Positions 22,969-32,396 of a DNA stretch of 64,000 nucleotides are shown piece by piece (the stretch's first letter is position 1; each line of letters opens with the position of its first letter). Source of the stretch: an uncultured Candidatus Binatia bacterium. Lineage in GTDB: Bacteria > Desulfobacterota > Binatia > UBA9968 > JAJDTQ01. Location: NCBI GenBank assembly GCA_964291295.2, contig OZ219754.1:64001-128000 (forward strand), given 5' to 3'. A program made the translations under genes and the position numbers. The notes below the pieces were generated by a model that was not told the DNA's origin, did not search any database, and worked only from the letters and a program-made list of their open reading frames with translations.

Positions 22969-23799
22969 ATGGCATCCAGCCAACGGTTCACCGCGGTCCT
23001 GTTCGCGCTGGCCGGAGCACTGCTGCTCTGCGGGAACGCGAGCCATGCCGCGGACGGCAGGCACGCCGGCATGATCCTCATCCCCGCCGGGGAGTTCACC
23101 ATGGGCCGCGAAGGCGGTCCGCCCGGAGAGGGGCCGGCCCACAAGGTCTTCCTGCCGGCGTTCTTCATCGACCGGAACCTGGTCACGATGAAGGACTACG
23201 CCAGCTTCATACGGGCCAAGGGACCCACCGGCCCCGGGGGCGAGATGTATCTGGACGTGGCGGATGATGACAACCGGATTCACCTTGTGAGCGATACCTG
23301 GCGGGTAGAGCCTGGCTGGGAAGACCACCCGGCCTCGGAAATGGCCTGGCACGGTGCCGCGGCGTATTGCGGCTGGCTGGAGAAGAGGCTCGTGAGCGAG
23401 GCGGAGTGGGAGAAGGCGGCGCGCGGAACCGACCGGCGGCTCTACCCGTGGGGCAACGGCCCGCCCACCCCGGAGTTGGCCTTCTTTGGCGGTCGGCGCG
23501 GCGAGTCCGTGCCCGTAGGCCGATATCCCGGCGGAGCCAGTCCCTACGGGGTGCTGGACATGGCCGGCCAAGTTGGGGAGTGGACTCGCTCCATCGCGAA
23601 GCCTTACCCCTACGACCCCGGGGACGGGAGAGAGGATCTGTCTTCCCCCTATCCGAGGGTGACCCGCGGCGGCAACGCCGCCAGCGGTCACGAGGGCCTA
23701 ACCGCCACCTCCCGGCACATCGTCGATCCTGGCCGGCAGGCGCGGGGACATGCGTATTACGGCTTTCGCTGCGCATCCAGGGTCGAGATGGTGTTCTGA
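22969..23799 (+). CDS. Secreted FGE-sulfatase (SUMF1/EgtB-type) domain protein
   Basis: Signal peptide; IPAGEFTMG, RL.SEAEWEKAARG, YPWG, GVLDMAG.V.EW, RGG, GFRC. Confidence 0.88.
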   Translation: MASSQRFTAVLFALAGALLLCGNASHAADGRHAGMILIPAGEFTMGREGGPPGEGPAHKVFLPAFFIDRNLVTMKDYASFIRAKGPTGPGGEMYLDVADDDNRIHLVSDTWRVEPGWEDHPASEMAWHGAAAYCGWLEKRLVSEAEWEKAARGTDRRLYPWGNGPPTPELAFFGGRRGESVPVGRYPGGASPYGVLDMAGQVGEWTRSIAKPYPYDPGDGREDLSSPYPRVTRGGNAASGHEGLTATSRHIVDPGRQARGHAYYGFRCASRVEMVF

Positions 23800-23832
23800 A
23801 GCCGGTTCGGTGCAGCGAGGTTCCGGACGCTG

Positions 23833-23872
23833 GTTTCCCCTACCTTGCGTTTCCCCTACCTTGCGTTTCCCC
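23833..23872. repeat. 2.5 x 16-bp perfect tandem repeat
   Basis: gtttcccctaccttgc twice plus gtttcccc. Confidence 0.8.
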
Positions 23873-23972
23873 GGCGAGCGGGCTATCTGAAAGCCTCGAA
23901 CCGGCAAACGGCCGTGTGTTTCCCCCCTGACCATGCCCGGGAGTTCCCGCGGCCGCCCACTTCGGAGGTGTC

Positions 23973-25091
23973 ATGGCGCTGTTTTTCCATTCGCAGGACG
24001 TGGATGAACTGGTTTCCTTTCCGGAGGCCGTTTCCATCACCGAAACGGCGCTCCGGCAGACCGTCACGCCCGAGGGTGTGAATGCTCCTCGCAAGCGTCT
24101 GAACCTGCACCGGAATGTGGGCGAGCCGCCCTTCGACACCGTGCTCAACATCTACGCCGGGGGGGCCGCGACCTACGGCGCCCTGGGCGCCCAGGTGGCG
24201 CTGCACCGCAAGGCCATCATCGGCGATCAGCAACGGCGGCCGCCATACAATCCCGACCAGACCGAACTGGCCGTGATCTACGACGCCGACTCCGGGACAC
24301 TGCTGGGAATCATGGCGCATCGCCCCAAGCACGCGGCCGGCGTCGCCGACCTGCGGACGCCGGCCACGAGCCTCGTGGGCCTGGACCGGCTCGCCAGGGC
24401 CGATGCCCGGAGGGTCGGGATCTATGGATCCGGCAACCAGGCCTACTCCACCTTCGTGGGATTGACCGAGCTCCGGGAGGTGGAGAGCGCCAAGGTGTTC
24501 AGCCCCACGCCATCGCACCGGGAGGCCTTTGCCAGGAAGATGACGGCCATCACCGGAGTACCGGTCCAGCCTGTGGCGGAAGCCCCCCGGGCCGCCCAGG
24601 ACGTGGACATCGTGCTGTGCATGACCAACACCAACGTTCCGGTCATCGACGGCTCGTGGCTGGAGCCGGGCCAGTACATCATTTCGGTCATCGGCAGCAA
24701 CATCGAGCTGGTGAAGAGCGGCAATCTCGACAAGCCCCGCCGCGAGATCGACGACGGGACCCTCAGACGGTGCGATTTCATCGTCGCCCTGTCCCGGGAA
24801 CAGGCGGTGGACTCGCAGCAGGGCGACATCTACTGGCCGGTCCAGGAAGGCGTCCTTTCCTGGGACAAAGTCGTTGATATCGCTGATATTCTGACCGGAA
24901 AGGCCCCCGGGCGCACGAACGACGACCAGATCCTGCTGTACAAGAACCAAGGCGGCCAGGGCATCGTCGATCTGGCCTTGGCCAAGAGACTTTACGACTT
25001 GGCGCGCGAGCACGGCAAGGGGTTCGAGCTCGCCATCCGGCCGCGGGAGAACTGGTGGGTTCAGGGCGGAAGGGAAGACTACTGGACGTGA
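23973..25091 (+). CDS. Ornithine cyclodeaminase/mu-crystallin family NAD(P)-dependent enzyme
   Basis: RT.ATS, GIYGSGNQA, TN..P, REID, G.APGR, YKNQGG.G..D. Confidence 0.87.
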   Translation: MALFFHSQDVDELVSFPEAVSITETALRQTVTPEGVNAPRKRLNLHRNVGEPPFDTVLNIYAGGAATYGALGAQVALHRKAIIGDQQRRPPYNPDQTELAVIYDADSGTLLGIMAHRPKHAAGVADLRTPATSLVGLDRLARADARRVGIYGSGNQAYSTFVGLTELREVESAKVFSPTPSHREAFARKMTAITGVPVQPVAEAPRAAQDVDIVLCMTNTNVPVIDGSWLEPGQYIISVIGSNIELVKSGNLDKPRREIDDGTLRRCDFIVALSREQAVDSQQGDIYWPVQEGVLSWDKVVDIADILTGKAPGRTNDDQILLYKNQGGQGIVDLALAKRLYDLAREHGKGFELAIRPRENWWVQGGREDYWT

Positions 25092-25135
25092 GCCGGCGCA
25101 CCCGGCCCGCCGTTTCTCGCCGTTTTTCTCGCCAT

Positions 25136-25164
25136 TTGTGTGAGGCAGGCCCCTGCGCTATAAG
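25136..25164 (+). promoter_or_regulatory. Putative sigma70 promoter for the Zn-ribbon gene and pckG
   Basis: TTGTGT-N17-TATAAG, followed by a 14-bp tandem repeat gggagttct(g/a)cacg at 25182-25209. Confidence 0.5.
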
Positions 25165-25234
25165 GTAACCCCGAGTCGGGAGGGAGTTCTGCACGGGGAG
25201 TTCTACACGGTTTCCTGACCTTCTGGGAATTCGG

Positions 25235-25570
25235 ATGGCCAAGACGGATGTACCCGAAACGGTTGTGTGCCCGAACTGTAACCACAACGTCGTTATCCAG
25301 CTCTACCAGGTAGACATCAGCATCAACAGCTCCCAAGGCCACTTCCACACGGTTCATCACCGCCGCGAGCCAGCCTATACCGTCTACTGCATCAACTGCG
25401 GACACTTCATCACCAACGATCCCAAGCCGCCGAAGCCGGCCAAGTCCGGCGCAGCCGCGGCGGCGGCCGAAACGCCCAAGGCCGAAAAGCGCGCCTCCGT
25501 GAAGCGGGAGACCGCACGGTCGGGCAGCCAGGATGCGGGCAAGGCCCCAAGGAAAAAACGGGAAAAATAG
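25235..25570 (+). CDS. Small Zn-ribbon protein with basic disordered tail
   Basis: CPNC...CINC pairs, His-rich linker, K/A/R-rich tail; ends 11 bp before pckG. Confidence 0.75.
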   Translation: MAKTDVPETVVCPNCNHNVVIQLYQVDISINSSQGHFHTVHHRREPAYTVYCINCGHFITNDPKPPKPAKSGAAAAAAETPKAEKRASVKRETARSGSQDAGKAPRKKREK

Positions 25571-25581
25571 AAGGGCAACGC

Positions 25582-27339
25582 ATGGTCGTGAACGAGTCGG
25601 TCCGGAAGTTCGTCATGGAGGCGGCCGCCATGTGTCGCCCGGATGATGTGGTGTGGTGCGACGGCTCGGAAGAGGAGAAGGAGCGGCTTGTCCAGGTGGC
25701 CGTCCGGGTCGGAGACCTCATCCCCCTGGATCAGAAGAAACTGCCCGGCTGCTACCTCCACCGCAGCGCCGCCAACGACGTGGCGCGCACCGAGCACCTG
25801 ACCTTCGTGTGCTCGCGCGAACAGAACGACGCCGGTCCCTCCAACAACTGGATGGCGCCGGACGAAGCCTACGACCGGCTCGGCCGACTCTACGACGGAT
25901 CCATGGCCGGTCGGACCATGTACGTCCTCCCCTTTCTCATGGGACCCCCCGGCTCTCCCTTCAGCAAGGTCGGCATCGAGGTCACCGACAGCGTCTATGT
26001 CGCCTTGAGCATGCGGGCCATGACCCGCATGGGCGACGTCGCCCTCAGCCACCTGGGCGACTCGGACGACTTCACCCGGGGACTTCACTCCAAGGCGGAC
26101 CTGCACATCGACCGGCGTTTCATCTGCCACTTTCCGGAAGCGAATACCATATGGAGCGTGGGGTCCGGGTACGGCGGGAACGCGTTGCTGGCCAAGAAGT
26201 GCATGGCGCTGCGGCTGGCCAGCGCCCTGGGGGCACGGGAAGGCTGGCTCGCCGAGCACATGATGATCGTCGGCATCCAGAGTCCGGAGGGCGAGACCAC
26301 CTACATCTGCGGCGCCCTGCCCAGCGCCTGCGGCAAGACCAACCTCGCCATGCTGGTGCCGCCCGAGTCCATGAAGGGCTGGCGGGTGTTCACGGTGGGC
26401 GACGACATCGCATGGCTGCGTGTGGGCGACGACGGTCGATTGTGGGCGGTGAATCCGGAAGCCGGGTTCTTCGGCGTGGTCCCCGGCACCAACTCCAGCA
26501 CCAATCCCAACGCCGTGCGCACGATCCGGAAGAACACCATCTTCACCAACGTCGGGCTCAAGCCCGACGGCGGCGTGTGGTGGGAGGGGCACGACGACCC
26601 GGTACCGGGAAGCGTCACCGACTGGCGCGGGCGCCCCTGGAACACCACCCGGGAGGGATCCGTCGCTCATCCCAACAGCCGGTTCACGGTCCCCGCCGGC
26701 GAGTGCCCGTCCATCGCCCCGGAGCGGGAGAATCCTGGCGGCGTCCCCATCAGCGCCATTCTGTTCGGCGCCCGGCGCCAGAAGCTCGTCCCCCTGGTGT
26801 ACGAAGCCTTCGACTGGTCCCACGGAACCTTCCTCGGCGCCACCCTGGCGTCCGAGACCACCGCAGCCGCCACCGGAGCGGTGGGAGTGGTGCGGCGCGA
26901 CCCCATGGCGATGCTCCCGTTCTGCGGCTACAACATGGGCGACTACTGGAATCACTGGCTCTCCATGGGCAGGCGGCTGACCCGTCCGCCCAGGATCTTC
27001 CGCGTGAACTGGTTCCAGAGAGATGACCAGGGCCGCTTCCTCTGGCCCGGCTTCGGTGAAAACCTGCGCGTGTTGCAGTGGATCATCGAACGTTCGCGGA
27101 ACGACGGAGCAGCGGACGAGACCCCCATCGGCTACCTTCCCAGGCCCACCGGCATCAACCGCAAGGGCACCGGCGTGCCGAGCGCGGCCATGAGCCGGTT
27201 GCTTCGCGTGGACCGTGACGGCTGGCGCAGGAACCTGCGGAGCCAGTCGGAGTTCTTCGAGAAATTCGGAGACCGGCTGCCGTCGGGCATCCGGGAGCAG
27301 CACGCCGGCCTCCGGCAAAGGCTCCGGGCGGCCAGATAA
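25582..27339 (+). CDS. pckG: Phosphoenolpyruvate carboxykinase (GTP)
   Basis: DVARTE..TF, GSGYGGNALL.KKC, WLAEHM, PSACGKTNLAM, GDDIAW, HPNSRF, DPMAMLPFCGYN. Confidence 0.98.
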   Translation: MVVNESVRKFVMEAAAMCRPDDVVWCDGSEEEKERLVQVAVRVGDLIPLDQKKLPGCYLHRSAANDVARTEHLTFVCSREQNDAGPSNNWMAPDEAYDRLGRLYDGSMAGRTMYVLPFLMGPPGSPFSKVGIEVTDSVYVALSMRAMTRMGDVALSHLGDSDDFTRGLHSKADLHIDRRFICHFPEANTIWSVGSGYGGNALLAKKCMALRLASALGAREGWLAEHMMIVGIQSPEGETTYICGALPSACGKTNLAMLVPPESMKGWRVFTVGDDIAWLRVGDDGRLWAVNPEAGFFGVVPGTNSSTNPNAVRTIRKNTIFTNVGLKPDGGVWWEGHDDPVPGSVTDWRGRPWNTTREGSVAHPNSRFTVPAGECPSIAPERENPGGVPISAILFGARRQKLVPLVYEAFDWSHGTFLGATLASETTAAATGAVGVVRRDPMAMLPFCGYNMGDYWNHWLSMGRRLTRPPRIFRVNWFQRDDQGRFLWPGFGENLRVLQWIIERSRNDGAADETPIGYLPRPTGINRKGTGVPSAAMSRLLRVDRDGWRRNLRSQSEFFEKFGDRLPSGIREQHAGLRQRLRAAR

Positions 27340-27363
27340 CCGGCACCCGTCACTGCCTCGCCG

Positions 27364-27420
27364 TTGCCTGCTTGTGGGGCAATTGCCTGCTTGTTGGGCA
27401 ATTGCCCGACTATTGGGCGG
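27364..27420. promoter_or_regulatory. Three tandem 19-bp palindromic units, candidate enhancer (bEBP/NtrC-like) sites
   Basis: ttgcctgcttgtggggcaa / ttgcctgcttgttgggcaa / ttgcccgactattgggcgg, 80-130 bp upstream of a sigma54 promoter. Confidence 0.6.
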
Positions 27421-27496
27421 CGCTGCGCGAGTCACCCAGGCGGCCTGCACCCACCAACATCCCGCCCCGTCAAGGGATACGCCCGGTACGAATACT

Positions 27497-27512
27497 TGGC
27501 ACGCACTTTGCT
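27497..27512 (+). promoter_or_regulatory. Sigma54 (-24/-12) promoter of amtB-glnK
   Basis: TGGCAC-GCACT-TTGCT matches the TGGCAC-N5-TTGCW consensus exactly. Confidence 0.88.
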
Positions 27513-27584
27513 TTGTCCCCTTCCCGTTGGCCGGCCTTGTACGGTGCCGGCGCGGAAAAACACTCTTTTCGATGGGGGGACAAA

Positions 27585-28814
27585 GTGGCGCAAATCAACA
27601 GCGGTGACACCGCCTGGATACTCATCTGTTCGGCTCTGGTCCTGATGATGACCCTTCCGGGGCTGTTTCTCTTCTACGGCGGCCTGGTGCGAAGCAAGAA
27701 CGTGCTGGGCACCATCATGCAGAGCTTCACGGCGGCAGGCCTGATCAGCATCATGTGGGTGCTCTGGGGCTATACCATGGCCTTTGGTCCGGACGTGGGC
27801 GGCATCGTCGGAAACCTCGACTGGTTCGCCCTCGACGGGGTGGGCGCCGAGCCCAATCCGGACCTCGTGGCCGGGGTTCCGCACCTGGCGTTCATGGTCT
27901 TCCAGATGATGTTCGCCATCATCACGCCGGCGCTGATCACCGGCGCATTCGCCGAGCGCGCCAAGTTCAGCACATTCATCGTGTTCGTGCTGTCGTGGAG
28001 CACCCTCATCTACGCGCCGCTGTGCCACTGGGTGTGGGGCGGCGGCTGGATGGGCGCCATGGGCGCCCTGGATTTCGCCGGCGGCACCGTGGTCCATATC
28101 AGTTCGGGAGTCTCCGCACTCGCCGCCGCCATGGTCTACGGCGCACGCAAGGGTTACGGACGGGACGCGCTGGTGCCCCACAACCTGCCGTTCGCCGTCA
28201 TCGGCGCATCGCTCCTGTGGGTGGGGTGGTTCGGCTTCAACGCCGGCAGCGCGCTGGCCGCCGACGGCCTGGCGGCCACCGCGTTCGTCACCACCAACAC
28301 CGCGGCGGCGGCGGCGGCGCTGACCTGGATGTTCACGGAATGGGCCAGCGGGGGCAAGCCGACCCTGCTTGGAGCGGCCACCGGCGCGGTGGCCGGGCTC
28401 GTCTCCATCACGCCGGCGGCCGGTTTCGTGAGTCCGGTTTCCGCCATCATCATCGGCGCGGGCGGCGGCGTCCTGTGCTACGCGGCCTGCAACCTCAAGG
28501 CCCGCATGGGCTACGACGATTCGCTGGACGTGGTGGGCGTGCATGGCGTGGGCGGGATCTGGGGCGCCTTGGCCACCGGCCTGTTCGCCTCCACGGTGGT
28601 GAACTCCGGCGGTGCCGACGGGCTTTTTTTCGGCAACCCCGGGCAACTCTGGATCCAGTTCGTCGGCGTGGCGGCCACCATGATCTTCGCTTTCGTGGGC
28701 ACCTTGATCATTCTCGGTGTTCTGAATGCAACCATGGGCCTTCGCGTGTCCGACGACGAAGAGCAGATGGGCCTGGATTTGAGTCAGCACGAGGAGCGGG
28801 GGTATAGCTGGTAG
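27585..28814 (+). CDS. amtB: Ammonium transporter
   Basis: GDTAW, FYGGLVRSKN, FQMMFAIITPAL, DFAGGTVVH, GWFGFNAGS, DDSLDV..VHG; GTG start. Confidence 0.97.
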   Translation: MAQINSGDTAWILICSALVLMMTLPGLFLFYGGLVRSKNVLGTIMQSFTAAGLISIMWVLWGYTMAFGPDVGGIVGNLDWFALDGVGAEPNPDLVAGVPHLAFMVFQMMFAIITPALITGAFAERAKFSTFIVFVLSWSTLIYAPLCHWVWGGGWMGAMGALDFAGGTVVHISSGVSALAAAMVYGARKGYGRDALVPHNLPFAVIGASLLWVGWFGFNAGSALAADGLAATAFVTTNTAAAAAALTWMFTEWASGGKPTLLGAATGAVAGLVSITPAAGFVSPVSAIIIGAGGGVLCYAACNLKARMGYDDSLDVVGVHGVGGIWGALATGLFASTVVNSGGADGLFFGNPGQLWIQFVGVAATMIFAFVGTLIILGVLNATMGLRVSDDEEQMGLDLSQHEERGYSW

Positions 28815-29192
<378 letters not shown>

Positions 29193-29223
29193 CGCCGGAA
29201 GGAGCGGACTTCGGAGTTCCCCG

Positions 29224-30099
29224 ATGTTGCTGCGTTTCATCACTTTCGGAGAGAACCCCGCCGTCGTCATCGGACGAGGGCGGGGGCTCTTCGCCTCCCG
29301 CGGCCTGGAGGTGGAAACCACCCTCACGCGCAGTTCCACGGAGCAGATGCGCGGCCTGAGCGACGGGACCTGGGACATCGCATCCACCGCCTTCGACAAC
29401 GTGCTTGCCTGGTCCGGGCGCGAGGGCGCCGACATCCACGCCGTCGCGCAGGCGTCCCGGCGCATGTCCTTGCCGGTGTACGTACGCCCCGAGATCGCCG
29501 TTTGGGAGGATCTGCGGGGACGAACGCTGGCGGTGGACGCGGTGGACACGGCCTACGCCCTGGTGTTGCGGAAGATACTGCTGGCCCACGACCTGGACCT
29601 GGACCGGGGCGACTACCGACTCGACGGCGTCGGCGCCACCGGGCCGCGCTTCGAGTCCATGACCGGCGGCAAGACCTTTGCCGGCATCCTCAACCCCCCT
29701 TGGGACAAGCGGGCCGAAGAGGCGGGCCTGAAACGGATGGCGGACTACCGCGAGGTGTTGCCCGACTATCCGGGCGGGGTGTTCGCCGTAACCACCCGGT
29801 GGGCGGAGGCCCGCCGGCCCGACCTCGTGGCCTTTCTCAAGTGCCTCAGGGAAGCTGCGGACTGGGGCAACGATCCCGCCAACCGCGCTGGCGCGCTGGC
29901 ATTGCTGCGCGACGGCCAGGGCATCGACGACGCACGGGCGGCCGGGGAGCTGGCCTCGCTGCCGGCAACCACGGCGCTCGATCCGGGCGGTCTTCACGTG
30001 CCCCTGGAACTCCGGGTGTCGTTCGGCATGGCTCCCGGGAAAGGCACGGACCTGACCACCTACTACGACCTTCAGTACCACGCCGAGGCCGCTGGCTGA
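29224..30099 (+). CDS. ABC transporter substrate-binding protein (NMT1/SsuA-like)
   Basis: GLF..RGLEVE, DLRG.TLAVD, GAT..R and PP motifs. No obvious signal peptide. Confidence 0.75.
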   Translation: MLLRFITFGENPAVVIGRGRGLFASRGLEVETTLTRSSTEQMRGLSDGTWDIASTAFDNVLAWSGREGADIHAVAQASRRMSLPVYVRPEIAVWEDLRGRTLAVDAVDTAYALVLRKILLAHDLDLDRGDYRLDGVGATGPRFESMTGGKTFAGILNPPWDKRAEEAGLKRMADYREVLPDYPGGVFAVTTRWAEARRPDLVAFLKCLREAADWGNDPANRAGALALLRDGQGIDDARAAGELASLPATTALDPGGLHVPLELRVSFGMAPGKGTDLTTYYDLQYHAEAAG

Positions 30100-30169
30100 C
30101 GCGGTCCGCGGCCGGGCTGCGTATTTGAAGCGCCGCCCGATTTGTAGTAGCTATTCGGTCTCCGTTGCC

Positions 30170-32284
30170 ATGCCGAGACACAGCAGCCAGAAACCGGCGC
30201 CGCCGCTGCGCAACAAGGAGATCAGCTGGCTGGCGTTCAACGGGCGCGTCCTTCAGGAGGCAGCCGACACGTCGGTGCCACTACTGGAACGGCTGAGCTT
30301 CCTCGGCATCTTCTCGTCCAACCTCGACGAGTTCTTTCGCGTCCGGGTGGCCCACCTCCGGCGTCTTGAATCGTTCGGCCCGGGTGCCCGGAAGCTCGTG
30401 GGCGACGACCCGCCGGCGGTCCTGAAAGAGATCCACGCCGTCGTCCTGAAGCAGCAGGCGCTGTTCGAAAGCACCTATCGAAGCATCCTCGGGGAGCTCC
30501 ACCAACATGGCATCTCCATCATCGGGGAGAACGACCTCAATCCCGCCCAGGAAGCCTTCATCAGGGATTTCTACCGGCAGCGGCTGCGGCCAAGCCTGAT
30601 TCCCCTGATGGTCAATCATCTTGAGAAATTTCCGCAGTTGAAGGACCAGGCGATCTATCTGGCCATCTCCCTGTACAGCAGCAAGTCGCGCCGGTCGGAA
30701 TACGCGTTGATCGAGATTCCCACCGACGTGTTGTCGCGCTTCGTCATCCTGCCCAGGGTCGGCAACCGGGAGTACGTGATCCTGCTGGACGACGTCATCC
30801 GGTACTGTCTGAAGGAGATCTTCTCGATCTTTCCCTTCGACCAGTTCGAGGCCTACACCATCAAGCTCACGCGGGACGCGCAACTCGACCTCGACGACGA
30901 CCTCTACGGGAGCTACATCGAGAAGATCTCCAAGGGCCTCAAGCAGAGAAAGTCCGGGGCTCCGGTGCGGTTCATCTACGACAACCAGATCCCCCGGCGG
31001 CTGCTGAAGCTGCTCCAGCACAAGATGGGCCTCAACACCGGGTCCGGCCCGTTCATCCCCGGCGGGCGCTACCACAACTTCAAGGATTTCATGGGCTTCC
31101 CGCGCATCGGGCCGAAGCAGTTGTCGGCACCGCCGGTGCTGCCGCTGGGCCACGCCGACGTCGACGCGGCGCCCACGTTCTTCAAGGCCGTCCGCCGCCG
31201 GGACATCCTGCTGCACTATCCGTATCAGACCTTCGACTACCTCATCGAGTTCCTGCGGCAGGCCGCCATCGACCCCAAGGTCCGTTCCATCAAGATGACG
31301 CTGTACCGGGTGGCCCGCAACTCGAAGGTGGTCAACGCCCTGATCAACGCCAGCCGCAACGGCAAGCGAGTCACGGTGGTCATGGAGTTGCAGGCGCGCT
31401 TCGACGAGGCCGACAACGTCTACTGGTCGGAGCGGCTTCAGGAAGAAGGGGTTCGGGTCATCAACGGCGTGCCGGGACTCAAGGTCCATGCCAAGCTGAT
31501 CCTCATCACCCGCGTGTCGCATCGAAAGACCGTGCTCTATGCCAACATCGGCACCGGCAACTTCAACGAGACCACCGCGCGGGTCTATACCGATGACAGC
31601 CTGTTCACCGCCGACGAGCGCATCACCGTGGAGGTGAGCCGGGTGTTCGGCTTTCTCGAGAGCAACTACCGGCGCACCAACTTCAAGCACCTGCTGGTCT
31701 CGCCCTACGACACCCGCCGCAAGCTCACGAAGCTCATCGACACCGAGATCAAGAACGCCCGCAAGGGCCGGCCGGCCCATATCATCCTCAAGGTCAACAA
31801 CCTTGAGGACGCGGGCCTGATCCGGAAGCTCTACGAGGCCCATGAAGCGGGGGTCGCGTTGAGGCTCATGGTGCGCGGGATGTTCTCGCTGATCCCGGGC
31901 GTGAAGAACTTCAGCGAGGGCATCGAGGCCACGGCCATCCTCGACCGCTTCCTCGAACACTCCCGGGTGATGGCTTTCGCCAACGGCGGCGACGAGAAAC
32001 TGTACATCGCCTCCGGTGACTGGATGACCCGCAACGTGGACCACCGCGTGGAGGTGGCCTGCCCCGTCCATGACCCGGCCCTGAAGAAACAGCTCCGGGA
32101 CGTGCTGGACATCGTGTGGAACGACAACGTCAAGGCACGGGTGCTGGACAAGGACCTCGGGAACCGCTACCGGACCGCGGCCGGCGGCAAGAGAATCCGC
32201 GCCCAGGAAGCCATCCACACCTGCCTGAAGGAACTGCACCCGCCGAGGCCGGCGGCCAACGAGTCGCTGCGGCTGGCCCGGTGA
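30170..32284 (+). CDS. ppk1: Polyphosphate kinase 1
   Basis: EISWLAFN.RVLQEA, SNLDEFFRVRVA, DILLHYPY, EL.ARFDE, LKVHAK, GTGNFN, RFLEHSR. Confidence 0.98.
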   Translation: MPRHSSQKPAPPLRNKEISWLAFNGRVLQEAADTSVPLLERLSFLGIFSSNLDEFFRVRVAHLRRLESFGPGARKLVGDDPPAVLKEIHAVVLKQQALFESTYRSILGELHQHGISIIGENDLNPAQEAFIRDFYRQRLRPSLIPLMVNHLEKFPQLKDQAIYLAISLYSSKSRRSEYALIEIPTDVLSRFVILPRVGNREYVILLDDVIRYCLKEIFSIFPFDQFEAYTIKLTRDAQLDLDDDLYGSYIEKISKGLKQRKSGAPVRFIYDNQIPRRLLKLLQHKMGLNTGSGPFIPGGRYHNFKDFMGFPRIGPKQLSAPPVLPLGHADVDAAPTFFKAVRRRDILLHYPYQTFDYLIEFLRQAAIDPKVRSIKMTLYRVARNSKVVNALINASRNGKRVTVVMELQARFDEADNVYWSERLQEEGVRVINGVPGLKVHAKLILITRVSHRKTVLYANIGTGNFNETTARVYTDDSLFTADERITVEVSRVFGFLESNYRRTNFKHLLVSPYDTRRKLTKLIDTEIKNARKGRPAHIILKVNNLEDAGLIRKLYEAHEAGVALRLMVRGMFSLIPGVKNFSEGIEATAILDRFLEHSRVMAFANGGDEKLYIASGDWMTRNVDHRVEVACPVHDPALKKQLRDVLDIVWNDNVKARVLDKDLGNRYRTAAGGKRIRAQEAIHTCLKELHPPRPAANESLRLAR

Positions 32285-32396
32285 GGCGCTGCCGGTCCCA
32301 TCCATACGGTGGGAGACATTCCGGTTGCCGCCGAACCGCGGGCTCGAGGCGAACGTCCGATTCGGTACCGCGGAACAGGGAGGGAAGACCAGGAAG

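Noticed and set aside
27364-27420. Possible mini-CRISPR
   Set aside because: Repeats abut with no unique spacers and there are no cas genes; better explained as enhancer sites.
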